The notes below the pieces were generated by a model that saw only the letters and a list, made by a program, of their open reading frames with translations, ran no database searches and was not told where the DNA came from. 64,000 nucleotides of DNA, taken from Octopus sinensis. Its lineage: Eukaryota. Positions 52,421-64,000 of this stretch are shown piece after piece. Numbering within the stretch: position 1 is the stretch's first letter; every line of letters begins with the position of its first letter. The DNA lies in contig NC_043007.1 in NCBI RefSeq assembly GCF_006345805.1, positions 558,001 through 622,000 of the forward strand, in the 5' to 3' direction. The position numbers and the translations under genes were made by a program.

Positions 52421-53497
52421 TCGACCGCAGTACGCAACTGGTACTTAATTTATCGACACCGAAAGAATGAAAGGCAAAGTCGACCTCGGCAGAATTTGAA
52501 CTCAGAAAATAAAGACAGACAAAATACCTATTTCTTTACTACCCACAAGGGGCTAAACACAGAGAAGACAAACAAGGACAGACAAACGGATTAAGTCGAT
52601 TATATCCATCGCAGTCCATAACTGGTACTTATTTAATCGACCCCGAAAGGATAAAAGGCAAAGTCGATCTCGGCGGAATCTGAACTCAGAACATAAAGAC
52701 AGACGAAATACCTATTTCTTTACTGTCCACAAGGGGCTAAACACAGAGAAGACAAACAAGGACAGACGAATGGATTAAGTCGATTACACTGACCCCAGTG
52801 CGTAACTGGCACTTATTTAATTGACCCCGAAAGAATGAAAGGCAAAGTCGACCTCGGCGGAATTTGAACTCAGAAAATAAAGATAGACAAAATACCTATT
52901 TCTTTACTACCCACAAGGGGCTAAACACAGAGAAGACAAACAAGGACAGACAAACGGATTAAGTCGATTATATCCATCGCAGTCCGTAACTGGTACTTAT
53001 TTAATCGACCCCGAAAGGATAAAAGGCAAAGTCGATCTCGGCGGAATCTGAACTCAGAACATAAGGACAGACAAAATACCAATTTCTTTACTACCCACAA
53101 GGGGCTAAACACAGAGAGGACAAACAAGGACAGAAAAACGGATTAAGTCGATTATATCGACACTATTGCGTAACTGGTACTTAATTTATCGACTCCGAAA
53201 GGATGAAAGGCAAAGTCGACCTCGGCGGAATTTGAACTCAGAACATAAAGACAGACGAAATACCTATTTCTTTACTGTCCACAAGGGGCTAAACACAGAG
53301 AGGACAAACAAGGACAGAAAAACGGATTAAGTCGATTATATCGACACTAGTGCGTAACTGGTAATTAATTTATCGACCCCGAGTGGATGAAAGGCAAAGA
53401 AGACCTCGGCGGAATTTGAACTCAGAACGTAAAGACAGACAAAATACCGCTATGCATTTCGGCCGGCGTGCTAACGTTACTGCCAGCTCGCAGCCTT
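52412..53497 (-). mobile_element. SINE A multimer: head + 5 full 184-bp units + 1 partial
   Basis: Unit starts are 52529, 52713, 52897, 53081 and 53265 (exact 184 period); a single head lies at 53445-53497. Confidence 0.92.
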
Positions 53498-53524
53498 TAA
53501 ATAAGGAATTATTATGTAAGTGCA

Positions 53525-53870
53525 GTAGTTTGGCAGAATCTTTATAACATCGGAAGAAATTCCTTGCAGTATTTCCGACGGTCCTTTATAGTATGAGATA
53601 AAATCCTGGCACGGTAAACATTGAATTTCATCCATTCGAGGTCGATCTTAAAGTTCGAGTCAAGTATTAAAATTAGTTTAATCGATTACACTCTGAAGAT
53701 GTGGTCTTGTGCCAATGTTACAAGAATCCTATCATGATCAATGCTAGCAACCTGAATATGCTTAGTTATCTATAGCTGGTGGTATTTATTCCGGCGCTTT
53801 ACGTTCTGAGTTCAAGTCCCGCCGAAGTCGACTTAAAATTTTATCTCTTCAGAATCGTTAAAATACGACG
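53525..53870 (+). mobile_element. two old SINE A-like fragments
   Basis: ttggcagaatc...tttcatccattcgaggtcgat; ttacgttctgagttcaagtcccgccgaagtcgac. Confidence 0.55.
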
Positions 53871-54079
53871 CAAATTCAATTCCTTCGGTTCATACAATCG
53901 CCTAATTTCTCTGCCCACAAACTCTTTGATCAGGCGTTTACATTAGAAATAGTCTCGTATTATTAAAGTCACTTAAAGATCTTCACAAGAAAGAGTGTCA
54001 AAATTAAGTTTCGTGCTTTGAAATCCATCAAGTAAGTGGTGTTGACTGTGCTTCAATATGTCCACGATTCCACGAATTT

Positions 54080-54429
54080 CTGTCTGTCTTCTGTCTATCT
54101 ATCTATCTGTCTGTCTGTCGGTCTCTTTGTCTATCTCCCTCTCTCACTATTTACCTACCTACCTACCTACCTACCTACCTACCTGTCTGTCTGTCACTCC
54201 CTCCCCTATCTCTCTTGCTCTATCTTCCTATCTCTCTGTCTGTCCATTTCTCTCTTTCTCTCTCTCTCTATCTATTTATATTTCTATCTACCTATCTATC
54301 TACCGATCTACCTATCTATCTGTCTGTCTGTCACTCCCTTCCAGCCCTATCCCCCTTGCTTTATCTGCCTGTCTCTCTGTCTGTCCGTCTCTCTCTCTAT
54401 CTATCTATATATATATATCTATCCGTCTG

Positions 54430-54523
<94 letters not shown>
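54080..54523. repeat. (TATC)/(TCTG)/(CCTA) compound repeat with about 135-bp internal duplication
   Basis: gtctgtctgtcactccct...ccctatc..cttgct.tatct occurs twice (about 54185 and 54320). Confidence 0.85.
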
Positions 54524-54525
<2 letters not shown>

Positions 54526-55292
54526 CCAGAGATCCCTGGCCTGGCAGTGCTACCGAGAAGCGCTACCCGTTCGGGATAAGCTCTACAGACACGGCTCGAG
54601 AAACACGGGGCCGACCTGCCCGAGATACGGTCAGAGCGACGAAACCGTTCTGCACGCACTCGTGCAGTGTCCAACAATTTCCGACCTGTGGGCTTGTGTC
54701 GAACAACTGCTGTCACGTGTGGGACGAGTCGGTTATCAGCTGAGTCTATCGTTAATATTGTCACGCCTCCCTCCTTCGAACGGAAGGAAGAGCTATTTTC
54801 ATCATCCTTGTGGCTATGGCGAAAGAATGTATCTGGTGGACGCGTCTGAAAGGATTGGAGACAAACACTTTCCTCTCTGGTCAATCTCTCATCAACTTCT
54901 TCAAGTACCACTTGAAAAGGAAAGTGAGAGTAGAGAGGCAAGTTTTGTCTAGCGAATGTTTTAAAAAGATGGGTGAATGTAGCAAGAATGGCACGTATGA
55001 ATGACGAAGCCACCTTGAGCATGATCCTATGAACCCAGAAATTCAAAACAGAGAGTTGCTTATTTGCAAAAAAAAAAAAAAGAATATAACATGTGACTCT
55101 CTGACCGAGGTTACCGTGGTCTTTTCCGTAGGCTTTTCTTTCCACGGGTAAACATCACCTGTCCTCCCCTTTACACTTCATATTGACATTTCTGTGATAA
55201 CGATCCCTATTGATCAAATTTTTTCAAAAGAAAAGCTCTACCTTGTAATTTGTTCTATCTGTGTGCAGCCCTGTGTGGCTAAAAAAGAAACA
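54524..55292 (+). mobile_element. 5'-truncated Tx1/L1-clade LINE (C-terminal Zn knuckle + 3' UTR)
   Basis: The translation LAWQCYREALPVRDKL...TCPRYGQSDETVLHALVQC...LW fits CX2(C>Y)X8HX4C, followed by frameshifted AKECIWWTR...; the stop is at 55030. The 3' end is ccctgtgtggct.a.aaagaaaca followed by (TATC)n. Confidence 0.75.
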
Positions 55293-55299
55293 TATCTCT

Positions 55300-55316
55300 T
55301 ATCTATCTATCTATCG

Positions 55317-55362
<46 letters not shown>

Positions 55363-55384
55363 ATCCTCTATCTCTATCTATCAC

Positions 55385-55468
<84 letters not shown>

Positions 55469-55700
55469 GTCAGTCAGCCTCTCTCCATCACTACCTCTCT
55501 CTCTCCCCTATCTCCATTGCTCTATTCTTTCTATTTTTTATTCTATTTTTTATTCTATTTTTTTTTGTTCTTTTCTTCCCTTTTACGATCCCTCTTGATC
55601 GAAAACCTACGCCACCCCCTTTTTTTCATCCCCCAAAAGAAAAGTTCTACCTTGTAACTTGTCCTATCTGTGTGCAGCCCTGTGTGGCCAATAAAGAAAC

Positions 55701-55778
<78 letters not shown>

Positions 55779-55935
55779 CTGTCTGTCTGTCCCTCTGTCT
55801 GTCTATCTATCTATCTATCTATCTATATGTCAGTCAGCCTCTCTCCATCACTACCTCTCTCTCTCCCCTATCTCCATTGCTCTATCTGCCTCTGTATCTG
55901 TCTCTCTCTCTCTCTCCTCTCTCTCTCACTTTCTG
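55300..55935. repeat. (TATC)n tracts with duplicated 65-bp spacer
   Basis: gtcagtcagcctctctccatcactacctctctctctcccctatctccattgctctat occurs at about 55469 and 55829. Confidence 0.85.
55582..55701 (+). mobile_element. second 3' UTR fragment of the Tx1-like LINE
   Basis: acgatccctcttgatc...aaaagaaaagttctaccttgtaacttgtcctatctgtgtgcagccctgtgtggccaataaagaaac, then (TATC)n. Confidence 0.75.
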
Positions 55936-56452
55936 TATATGTATGTATTTGAGTCCGATAAATTTTCACTTCAAGTTGTTCATAAAAAGGATGAACCCTG
56001 CTTCCACAGAGATGTATATTATTTCCTACATAAAAGGATGAAACCTTATAAATCAATCCCTGTCATGACCTTGTTACTTTGCCAACGGAGATTGATTAGA
56101 ACAAACCACTTTTGCTAGATGTGTGTGCATCTATCACACAAACACAAAACCTTCGTTTTATATGTGTCAGAGAAGGCCTTTTTAAACCACTTTTAATAAC
56201 ACAAAAATTCTGCTTCCTAAGCTGGAAAGATCTTTAGATTACTTGCAAAAGATTTCCTAACATTCTCAGGAGCTTTGTGAAGTATTTGAAGAAAATGGCA
56301 CGAAATTCTTATAGGCGCTGGCAGAGTTGTGTAATGAAGAACTTTGATTTCACCCATGTAGCTTCGGGGTCAGTCCCAGCGCTGTACACCTGTGGCTAAA
56401 ATATTCTACTATTGCTCCGAATCTTGCGAGTGGATTTGCTACATATATTGTC

Positions 56453-56517
<65 letters not shown>

Positions 56518-56713
56518 AACAGGAAATATATATTAAAATATATATTGAAGATATATATTAAAAGAAAATATATACCAAACCACGGCTTTACTTTTAAATT
56601 ACCAATTACTGTATACTTTTTAGCTAGGACTGTACATAGTGAAGTAATACACTAGTAGTACCTACGGATACATTTATCCCTTAGATGGTTGCATAGCCTC
56701 TAACTCATAATTT

Positions 56714-56767
<54 letters not shown>

Positions 56768-56777
56768 GTAAATATAT

Positions 56778-56824
<47 letters not shown>

Positions 56825-57453
56825 ATATATATATAATACCATTTTTTCATACTAAGTTCTATATGTATGAATTTTATCAGTTCACGGTTTGCAGCCTTGT
56901 ACTCAACATTCACGAATTGAACACCTATTTTGAATATTTTAAACTACCTGTGAAGAAATTCCACTTCCAAATGATTTTTAATTTAATCAATTAATTTTCT
57001 GAAGGTCTGGAGAATTGAAACAGCTGTAAAAGATGTTTGTAAATTTTTTAATTAATATATAATAATTTATTAATTACCTCTCTATTCTCGCATCTTATTT
57101 TTATATACACATATCTCGTTTACATATATGTATATATTTATGTGTGTATATATATATGCATATATATATATATTGTATATATACACACAAATATCTTTAT
57201 ATATATATACATACTCACACACACACATATATATATATATCAAACATGAATTAAAAGCAAAACACAAAGGATGTCGCGGTACACGTGTTTCAAGCTTTAT
57301 AAACAATCTGTTATTACATCAGCATAAGTATATTATTGATAGAAAAGAGAATTTAAAGCTCTCTTCAGCCGCAAAGATTGTTAGTCCAATATATATATAT
57401 CATAGTAACCAACAGGATATCAAGTAGTGATGCAGTACGACCGTTTCAAACGA

Positions 57454-57807
57454 TTCCGGTTGATCCGAATCAACGGAATAGCCTGCTCGTGAAATTAACG
57501 TGTAAGTGGCTGAGCACTCCACAGACACGTGCACCCTTAACGTAGTTCTCGGGGATATTCAGCGTGACACAGAGAGTGACAAGGCCGGCCCCTTGAAATA
57601 CAGGTACAACAGAAACAGGAAGTAAGAGTGAAAGAAAGTTGTGGTGAAAGAGTACAGCAGGGATCACCACCATCCCCTGCCGGAGCCTCGTGGAGCTTTT
57701 AGGTGTTTTCGCTCAATAAACACTCACAACGCCTGGTCTGGGATTCGAAACCGCGATCCTATGACCGCGAGTCCGCTACCCTAACCACTGGGCCATTGCG
57801 CCTCCAC
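57454..57807 (-). mobile_element. SINE family D (tail Y)
   Basis: Close match to 27137-27520. Confidence 0.88.
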
Positions 57808-57819
57808 ACACACACACAT

Positions 57820-57870
<51 letters not shown>

Positions 57871-58007
57871 TATATACATATATATATGTACACGTATATA
57901 TATTTATATGTATATGTATATGTGTATATGTATATGTGTATATATATATATAAATATATCTGTGTGTGTGTGTGTATGTGTGCATGTCTATGTGTGTGTG
58001 TGAGTGT

Positions 58008-58206
58008 GTGTTTCTGTGTTTTCCCCCCACCATCACTTGATAACCGATGTTGGTGTGTTAATGTCCTCGTAAAGCAGCGGTTCGGCAAAAAGACCGATGG
58101 AATAATCACTAGGCTTACAAAGAATATATCCTGGCGTCGATTTGTTCGACTAAAGGTGGTGTTCCAGCATGGCCGCTGTCAAATGACTGAAACAAATAAA
58201 AGAATA
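58008..58206 (+). mobile_element. SINE family C, 3' half
   Basis: gcggttcggcaaaaagaccgat...ccagcatggccgctgtcaaatgactgaaacaa. Confidence 0.8.
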
Positions 58207-58254
58207 CACACAGATACACACACACACACATAAATATATATAAGATATATATGA

Positions 58255-58450
58255 TAGATCGCTGGCCAGTACACATTTAAAAAATGTTCTCTTCTTGCTT
58301 CTTTCCTTATTTCTGTCTACGTTTCTTTCTGTGGAAGAGCGTAGGCTCGAAACCTTAAAGACTTTATCACTTCCCGAGCGTTAAATTAATACATCTGTTT
58401 GCTGTCTACACCACCTGTCTTCGTCTTTTGCTTTTTTTGTGAATTCTCCC
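58255..58450 (+). mobile_element. P1 repeat, degenerate hammerhead-like core (58329-58360)
   Basis: cttt-ctgtgga-a-gagc-gtag-gctc-gaa-acct-t-aaag; flanked by (TA)n. Confidence 0.72.
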
Positions 58451-58459
58451 CTATATAAG

Positions 58460-58490
<31 letters not shown>

Positions 58491-58660
58491 ATAATATATA
58501 TATATATATTATATATATATATATATATATTATATACACACCTATATTTATATACACACAGATAAATGTATGTAAGTATGTATGTATGTATGTATGTATG
58601 TATGTATGTATGTATGTATCTATCTATCTATCTATCTATATATATATATATATAATATAT

Positions 58661-58698
<38 letters not shown>

Positions 58699-59856
58699 GG
58701 ATGAGGAAGAGAGAGAGAGGAGTAGTGAATGTGTGACTAAATAACTAGAATCACTATTTTCTTTTTTTCTGATAAGAATAATATAGTGACAACTACAATA
58801 GAATAATGAGAATTAAAATAGAATGGAGCGAGCTAAAGCTGTAACATCTAGAACAGAATGGTGAAAAACTAGTAAAAAATGGTGACGAGTGCAATAGAAT
58901 AGTAGGAATAAGAATAGAATGGTGACAATTACAATGGAAACGATGACAACAACAATATCATTATGACAATTGGAACGGTGGCACCTACAGTAACAGAAAC
59001 GAGTTCTTGTATTGGATTTTATCTTACAATGTAGAAGTCAGTTAAATTTCTTTATTTTTACGCCTGTACTTCTACATGTGTTAATAATTAGTTCATGACT
59101 GAGAAATAACATGGAAGGAGCGTAGGAAATAAAAATATATATAAGAATAAACAGTGTTTTTTTCTTATCAAAGTCTTGTTCGTAATTATTTAGTTTGATG
59201 TAAAATTTCAACGAACATTTAGTTTTCATGTCAGGCAGGTGTAATTCACTTCAACTTCAGCCAAAGTGCATTCGCTGGTGGTAAATAATTAAAACTTCAA
59301 ACTTGCATGATAACGATTTCTGTTTGGTTTCAGTGAGTTAGGACAGGAGAATGTTTATACATGCAAAGCGCACCGAAAATAAAGTAGTTACAAGATTTAA
59401 AATGATAGAGAGGAGTTTAGAGCTGAGGTGATAATTTCCGAATTTCTTTGAAATTAACTGAACGAATAAACGTACCTGCAGCTATCTCATACGATTAATG
59501 GACAATATTGGTGTCTAGGTCACGCCACTGAAAAGGTGATGAATTCCGTCGTATTGGAGGTACCTTCCTTAATTGCTAGATTTTAACTAGAGTGTCACCG
59601 TTCGTATGACGGGTAGTGTTGGGAATAAATTTTTGCTTCTGTGGATAATATCATGTAATGATATACAGCTTCAATAATTGTAATTGTGCTGTTTCTCAGA
59701 ACTCACAATGCTTATACAAAACTAATTAATCTCCAGTCGTATAATCTGTGATGTCGACAGTATGTTTCTGCAACAGTTGGTATTGTTACACCTGCTTGTC
59801 ATTGATAGTTAAACAGCATTAGTGTTATTGATAACATATATTTATTGTACATCTTT

Positions 59857-60077
59857 ATTCTTTTATCTTTTACTTGTTTCAGTCATTGGAATACGCCCAT
59901 GCCGGAGTACCGACACGAATGCTTTTAGTTAAAACTGATGGATCTCTCTACATATTTGCAAGTCTGATACTTATTCTATTACTCACTTTTTGGCGAGCAG
60001 CTAAGTTACGGTGACGTAAACAAACACTTGTTGCCAAGCGGTATGGTGATGGTAGTGGTTTACAAACATAGATATAA

Positions 60078-60120
<43 letters not shown>

Positions 60121-60185
60121 GACACACAGAGCGCATATATTTATAAAGACGGGCTTCACAGGTGTGTTTCCATCTACCCAATTCA
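59857..60185 (-). mobile_element. old SINE C-like copy
   Basis: ttttacttgtttcagtcatt...ctaagttacggtgacgtaaac...gacgggcttc. Confidence 0.6.
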
Positions 60186-60413
60186 CTTTGCAATCACAAA
60201 CACGTAGTTGCAAATTGAAAGTTTGATACGAAAGGTTTCGAAAAATTAATTTGACTTAATTTAACTTGATAAATATTTTCAAATGGGAGATTTTTTCTAT
60301 CAAGTTCATATTTTAAAACTAACAAGTGATCTGTGAATAATCATTATTTTCTGCTCCCCTCGGAAGCGTTTACGATTCGTCTTCCTTTTCTAATACACTT
60401 GGAAAAACGTATA

Positions 60414-60648
60414 TGTTTCTTTATTACTCACAAGGGGCTAAACATAGAGGGGACAAACAAGGACAGACAAACGAATTAAGTTGATTACATGGACCCCAGT
60501 GTGTAACTGGTACTTAATTTATCGACCCCGAAAGGATGAAAGGCGAAGTCGACCTCGGCGGAATTTGAACTCAGAACGCAGCGGCGGACGAAATACCGCT
60601 TAGCATTTCTCCCGGCGTGCTAACGTCTCTGCCAGCTCGCTGCCTTAT
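60414..60648 (-). mobile_element. SINE A monomer
   Basis: Near-consensus copy. The 17-bp TSD acttggaaaaacgtata (60397-60413) / acttcgaaaaatgtata (60649-60665) matches at 15/17. Confidence 0.88.
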
Positions 60649-61464
60649 ACTTCGAAAAATGTATAAGCGTCGAAACCATTTGCAATCATCTAGAAACGGA
60701 TGTGGTATTTGCTACGCAAAACACAATCTACGAAATTTTAAAGAAACGGTCCCACTGTGATTTTTCAGTTGAAGCCCAAACAATTAACTTATGTTTCTAA
60801 TGCCTTGAAGGAAACAGAAACGTTACAAACAATTTCATTTGTTTTTTGTTTTTTTCACTGCTGAAAAAGAAAGAAGGAAAGAAAGCCGAGCCTTGCGCAT
60901 ATATAAAATATCTATGTTTTTTGGAAGAATTTTTACCTTTTATTTTATTAAGACATGAAAAGAGAAGAAAAGCAATATTTTTTCGGGGCAGTTATCATAT
61001 ATTAAATTTCAAATTGAAATAAAATATTTAGCCTAAAAAAATAATATGAAGAATTCTTATGAAAATATTTTGATTCAACAAATTGAAGAATGTTCCATAA
61101 TGCACGTAATAGAAAAAAATTAATTCAATCTCTTAATCTCTCACGAATATAAAGAAACATACGCCATTATGCATATCACTTTACGCCAGGTATTTAATTG
61201 TAAAAAGGTTCCATTCAATTTACTTTGTTGTTTTTTTCGCTATTGTTTCTTTTTTTCCATTATAGGTCTGAATTTCCATAAAAATAAATTCGCTAATATA
61301 TCTACACCTACATACAACTCTACATACGTTTGTTTGCCTCTTTCAATATATCGTGTGTCTTGAGAATATTTGCACTCCGTCCAAAATATCTATTTATTAT
61401 CTGCTTTGCTGAGGTGGACACACTTGAATTTATATCTTCTCTTTTGCAATATGTCTGGAACATA

Positions 61465-61920
<456 letters not shown>

Positions 61921-62143
61921 CATGTAGGCCTGGTTTTAATTCTAAGTTATATTTTGAAATCGAACGATGCGGTCTAGGAAACAATTAGACCGAACAGTAT
62001 CCTTGTATTTGCAAATATTTATCATCATGCACAAACACATATAAACACACCCATATACACATAAATGCACACATATATATATACTTAAATATGCATACAT
62101 ATACACATATATGAACTGACATACATAGATACATACAAATATA

Positions 62144-62240
62144 CATGTCCTCAAGTTGATTTCGAGCGTGACCGGTTACCCGATGTAGACATCTCTTTGC
62201 ATAAGACCTGCCAGTGTTTCTACGACGAACCCTCAAGTGA
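62144..62240 (-). pseudogene. probable GIY-YIG endonuclease relic (Penelope-like element)
   Basis: With two small indels the minus strand reads ..LCK.VYIG(E)TGHARNQLE.H, resembling the C..C...YIGETGR.L..R..EH motif. Confidence 0.4.
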
Positions 62241-62377
62241 GTACCTAGCCTTGACTTTGCTTAAATTTTGTTGTGATAAATGTACCCCTTAACTCTTTTA
62301 ACTACAGTGTAGTTCCGTCCCGAAGCATTACTCCAGAGTTAATTTGAACCGAAGATGAATACATTTTTATAAGTAAA

Positions 62378-62564
62378 GTGGTGGTGAACCCTGCTGTACT
62401 CTTTCATACACAACGTTCTCTCACTCTTTCTTCCTGTTTCTGTTGAACCTGTATTTCAAACGGGCCAAACTTGTTACACCCTGTGTCACGCTGAATCACC
62501 CCGAGAACTACGTTAAGGGTACACGTGTCTGTCGAATGCTCACCCGCTTGCACGTTAATTTCAC
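62378..62564 (+). mobile_element. SINE D central fragment
   Basis: ccctgctgtactctttc...gtgtcacgctgaatcaccccgagaactacgttaagggtacacgtgtctg. Confidence 0.8.
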
Positions 62565-62602
62565 ATACAGTTTTATCAAAGTTATATATATATATATATA
62601 TA

Positions 62603-62642
<40 letters not shown>

Positions 62643-62657
62643 AGTTTATATATATAT

Positions 62658-62894
62658 GAAGGTCGTGAGTTCAATTTCCGGCGACGCGTTGTGTCCTTTA
62701 GTAAGACACTTTATTTCATGTTGTGCCTGTACTTCAACTGACCGGCTTTGTCTCACTGTGCGTCTCGCTGAATCTCCCCGTTAAGGGTATACGTGTCTGC
62801 GGAGGGCTCAGCCACTTGCACGTTAATTTCAGGAACAAGCTGTTCCATTGATCTTATCAGCTAGGAATGTCGTAGTCGAAACCGACGGAGTGCA

Positions 62895-62895
<1 letters not shown>
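62658..62895 (+). mobile_element. SINE with E-type head + D-type tail Y
   Basis: ggtcgtgagttcaatttccggcgacgcgttgtgtcctttagtaagacactttatttca (E type), then cgttaagggta.acgtgtctg...accgacggagtgc (Y tail). Confidence 0.75.
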
Positions 62896-62924
<29 letters not shown>

Positions 62925-62929
<5 letters not shown>

Positions 62930-63165
62930 GATAGATCGCCAGCCAATAAACCTTTTTCTATTTTCTCTTTCCCCCTTCTCTTTTCTATTATCAATTCTCT
63001 ATTTTCGCTCCCATTTTATTTCTGTGCTCCTTTCTGTTGAAGAGCCTAGGTTCGAAACGTAAAAGACTTACTCACTTTCCACTTTCCCGAGCGTTAAACT
63101 AATACATCTATTTGTTGCTTATACCCCCCGTCTTCGTCGTTTTTGTTGTTGTAATTTTCCCTGTA
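62925..63165 (+). mobile_element. P1 repeat with hammerhead-like motif (63030-63065)
   Basis: cttt-ctgttga-a-gagc-ctag-gttc-gaa-acgt-a-aaag; (TC)n on the left and (TA)n on the right. Confidence 0.72.
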
Positions 63166-63170
63166 TATAT

Positions 63171-63245
<75 letters not shown>

Positions 63246-63515
63246 TAATTCTTTCTGCAAAAGTGCTTGTTTGCTATGTTAATTAAATTATGTAATAAAG
63301 GTACACACGTTTAGCTTTTTAATTAATCCCCGGTATTTATTTAAGTTTCAAAGAGGTTCAATGCTAACTGATTAGATAGATTATATGAAGATGAGGTACG
63401 TTGCTTAATCCTCGCTGATTTAGTTTAATTAGACATGAAGAGAAACCGTGTATGGGTGTAATACATATCTACAATGGATTGCCGCACATGTAGGAAGGAA
63501 AGATATATATATATA

Positions 63516-63822
63516 ATCGACCCCAGCACTTATTCTTTGTATGCCTAGTACCTTATTCTATCTGTCTCTTTTGCCGAACCGCTGAGATATGAGGACGTAA
63601 ACACACCACCATCGGTTGTCAAGCGATTTTGTGGGGGAAAACACAGACACACAAGCACACACACACACACGACGGGCTTCTTTCAGTTTCCGTCTACCAA
63701 ATCCATTCACAAGGCTTTGGTCGGCCTCAGGCTATAATAGAAGACACTTGCCCAAGGCAGTGGGGCTGAACCCAAAACCATGTTGTTGGTAAGCAAGCTA
63801 CTTACCACACAGCCACTCCTAC

Positions 63823-63825
<3 letters not shown>
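63516..63825 (-). mobile_element. SINE family C (3'-clipped)
   Basis: cttattctttgt..gcctagtac...gacgggcttctttcagtttccgtctacc...cttaccacacagccactcctacg. Confidence 0.85.
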
Positions 63826-63865
<40 letters not shown>

Positions 63866-64000
63866 AACACACACATATGTAAAGACGTTCTTGTGTGTAT
63901 GCGTGTGCATATTTTCGTATGTCTTCCATTAATATGCTGTATGAAGGGCAATGTTAAACTCAGAGCGATTTGTAATCAAGATACAAAAGATCGTAACATA

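Noticed and set aside
52412-53497. CRISPR-like appearance of regularly spaced repeats
   Set aside because: The units are contiguous 184-bp SINE bodies without unique spacers, there are no cas genes, and the context is eukaryotic.

Overview
This is 64 kb of AT-rich, microsatellite-saturated animal DNA. The repeat repertoire suggests an octopod cephalopod (inference, not verified). I found no supportable host protein-coding exon, rRNA, true tRNA gene or CRISPR array, so the window looks intergenic or intronic. Nearly all ORF-track entries are translated (TA)n/(CA)n/(TATC)n/trinucleotide repeats. The real coding remnants are all transposon-derived: a 2.6-kb 5'-truncated CR1-clade LINE with about 700 open codons and an intact YADD (19851-22484, minus); 3' ends of a second CR1 family; an R4/Dong-like RLE fragment inside (TAA)n; a Tx1/L1-like 3' fragment inside (TATC)n; a decayed Tigger/pogo transposase; and a probable Penelope GIY-YIG relic. 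Non-autonomous elements include several tRNA-derived SINE families (labelled A, C, D, E here), a hAT-type MITE and a foldback MITE. Most interesting observations: (1) eight copies of a (TA)n-flanked repeat fold as minimal type-I hammerhead-like motifs with a palindromic ACGU stem III and covarying stem I, and two subfamilies sit as neighbours twice; (2) SINE A forms head+(184 bp)n multimers joined at a self-complementary GAAATA-NN-TATTTC junction; (3) SINE C shares a 3' stem-loop module with the CR1 LINE; (4) two LINE clades appear to use different microsatellites as targets. All family assignments come from motif recognition by eye, and no database search was run.
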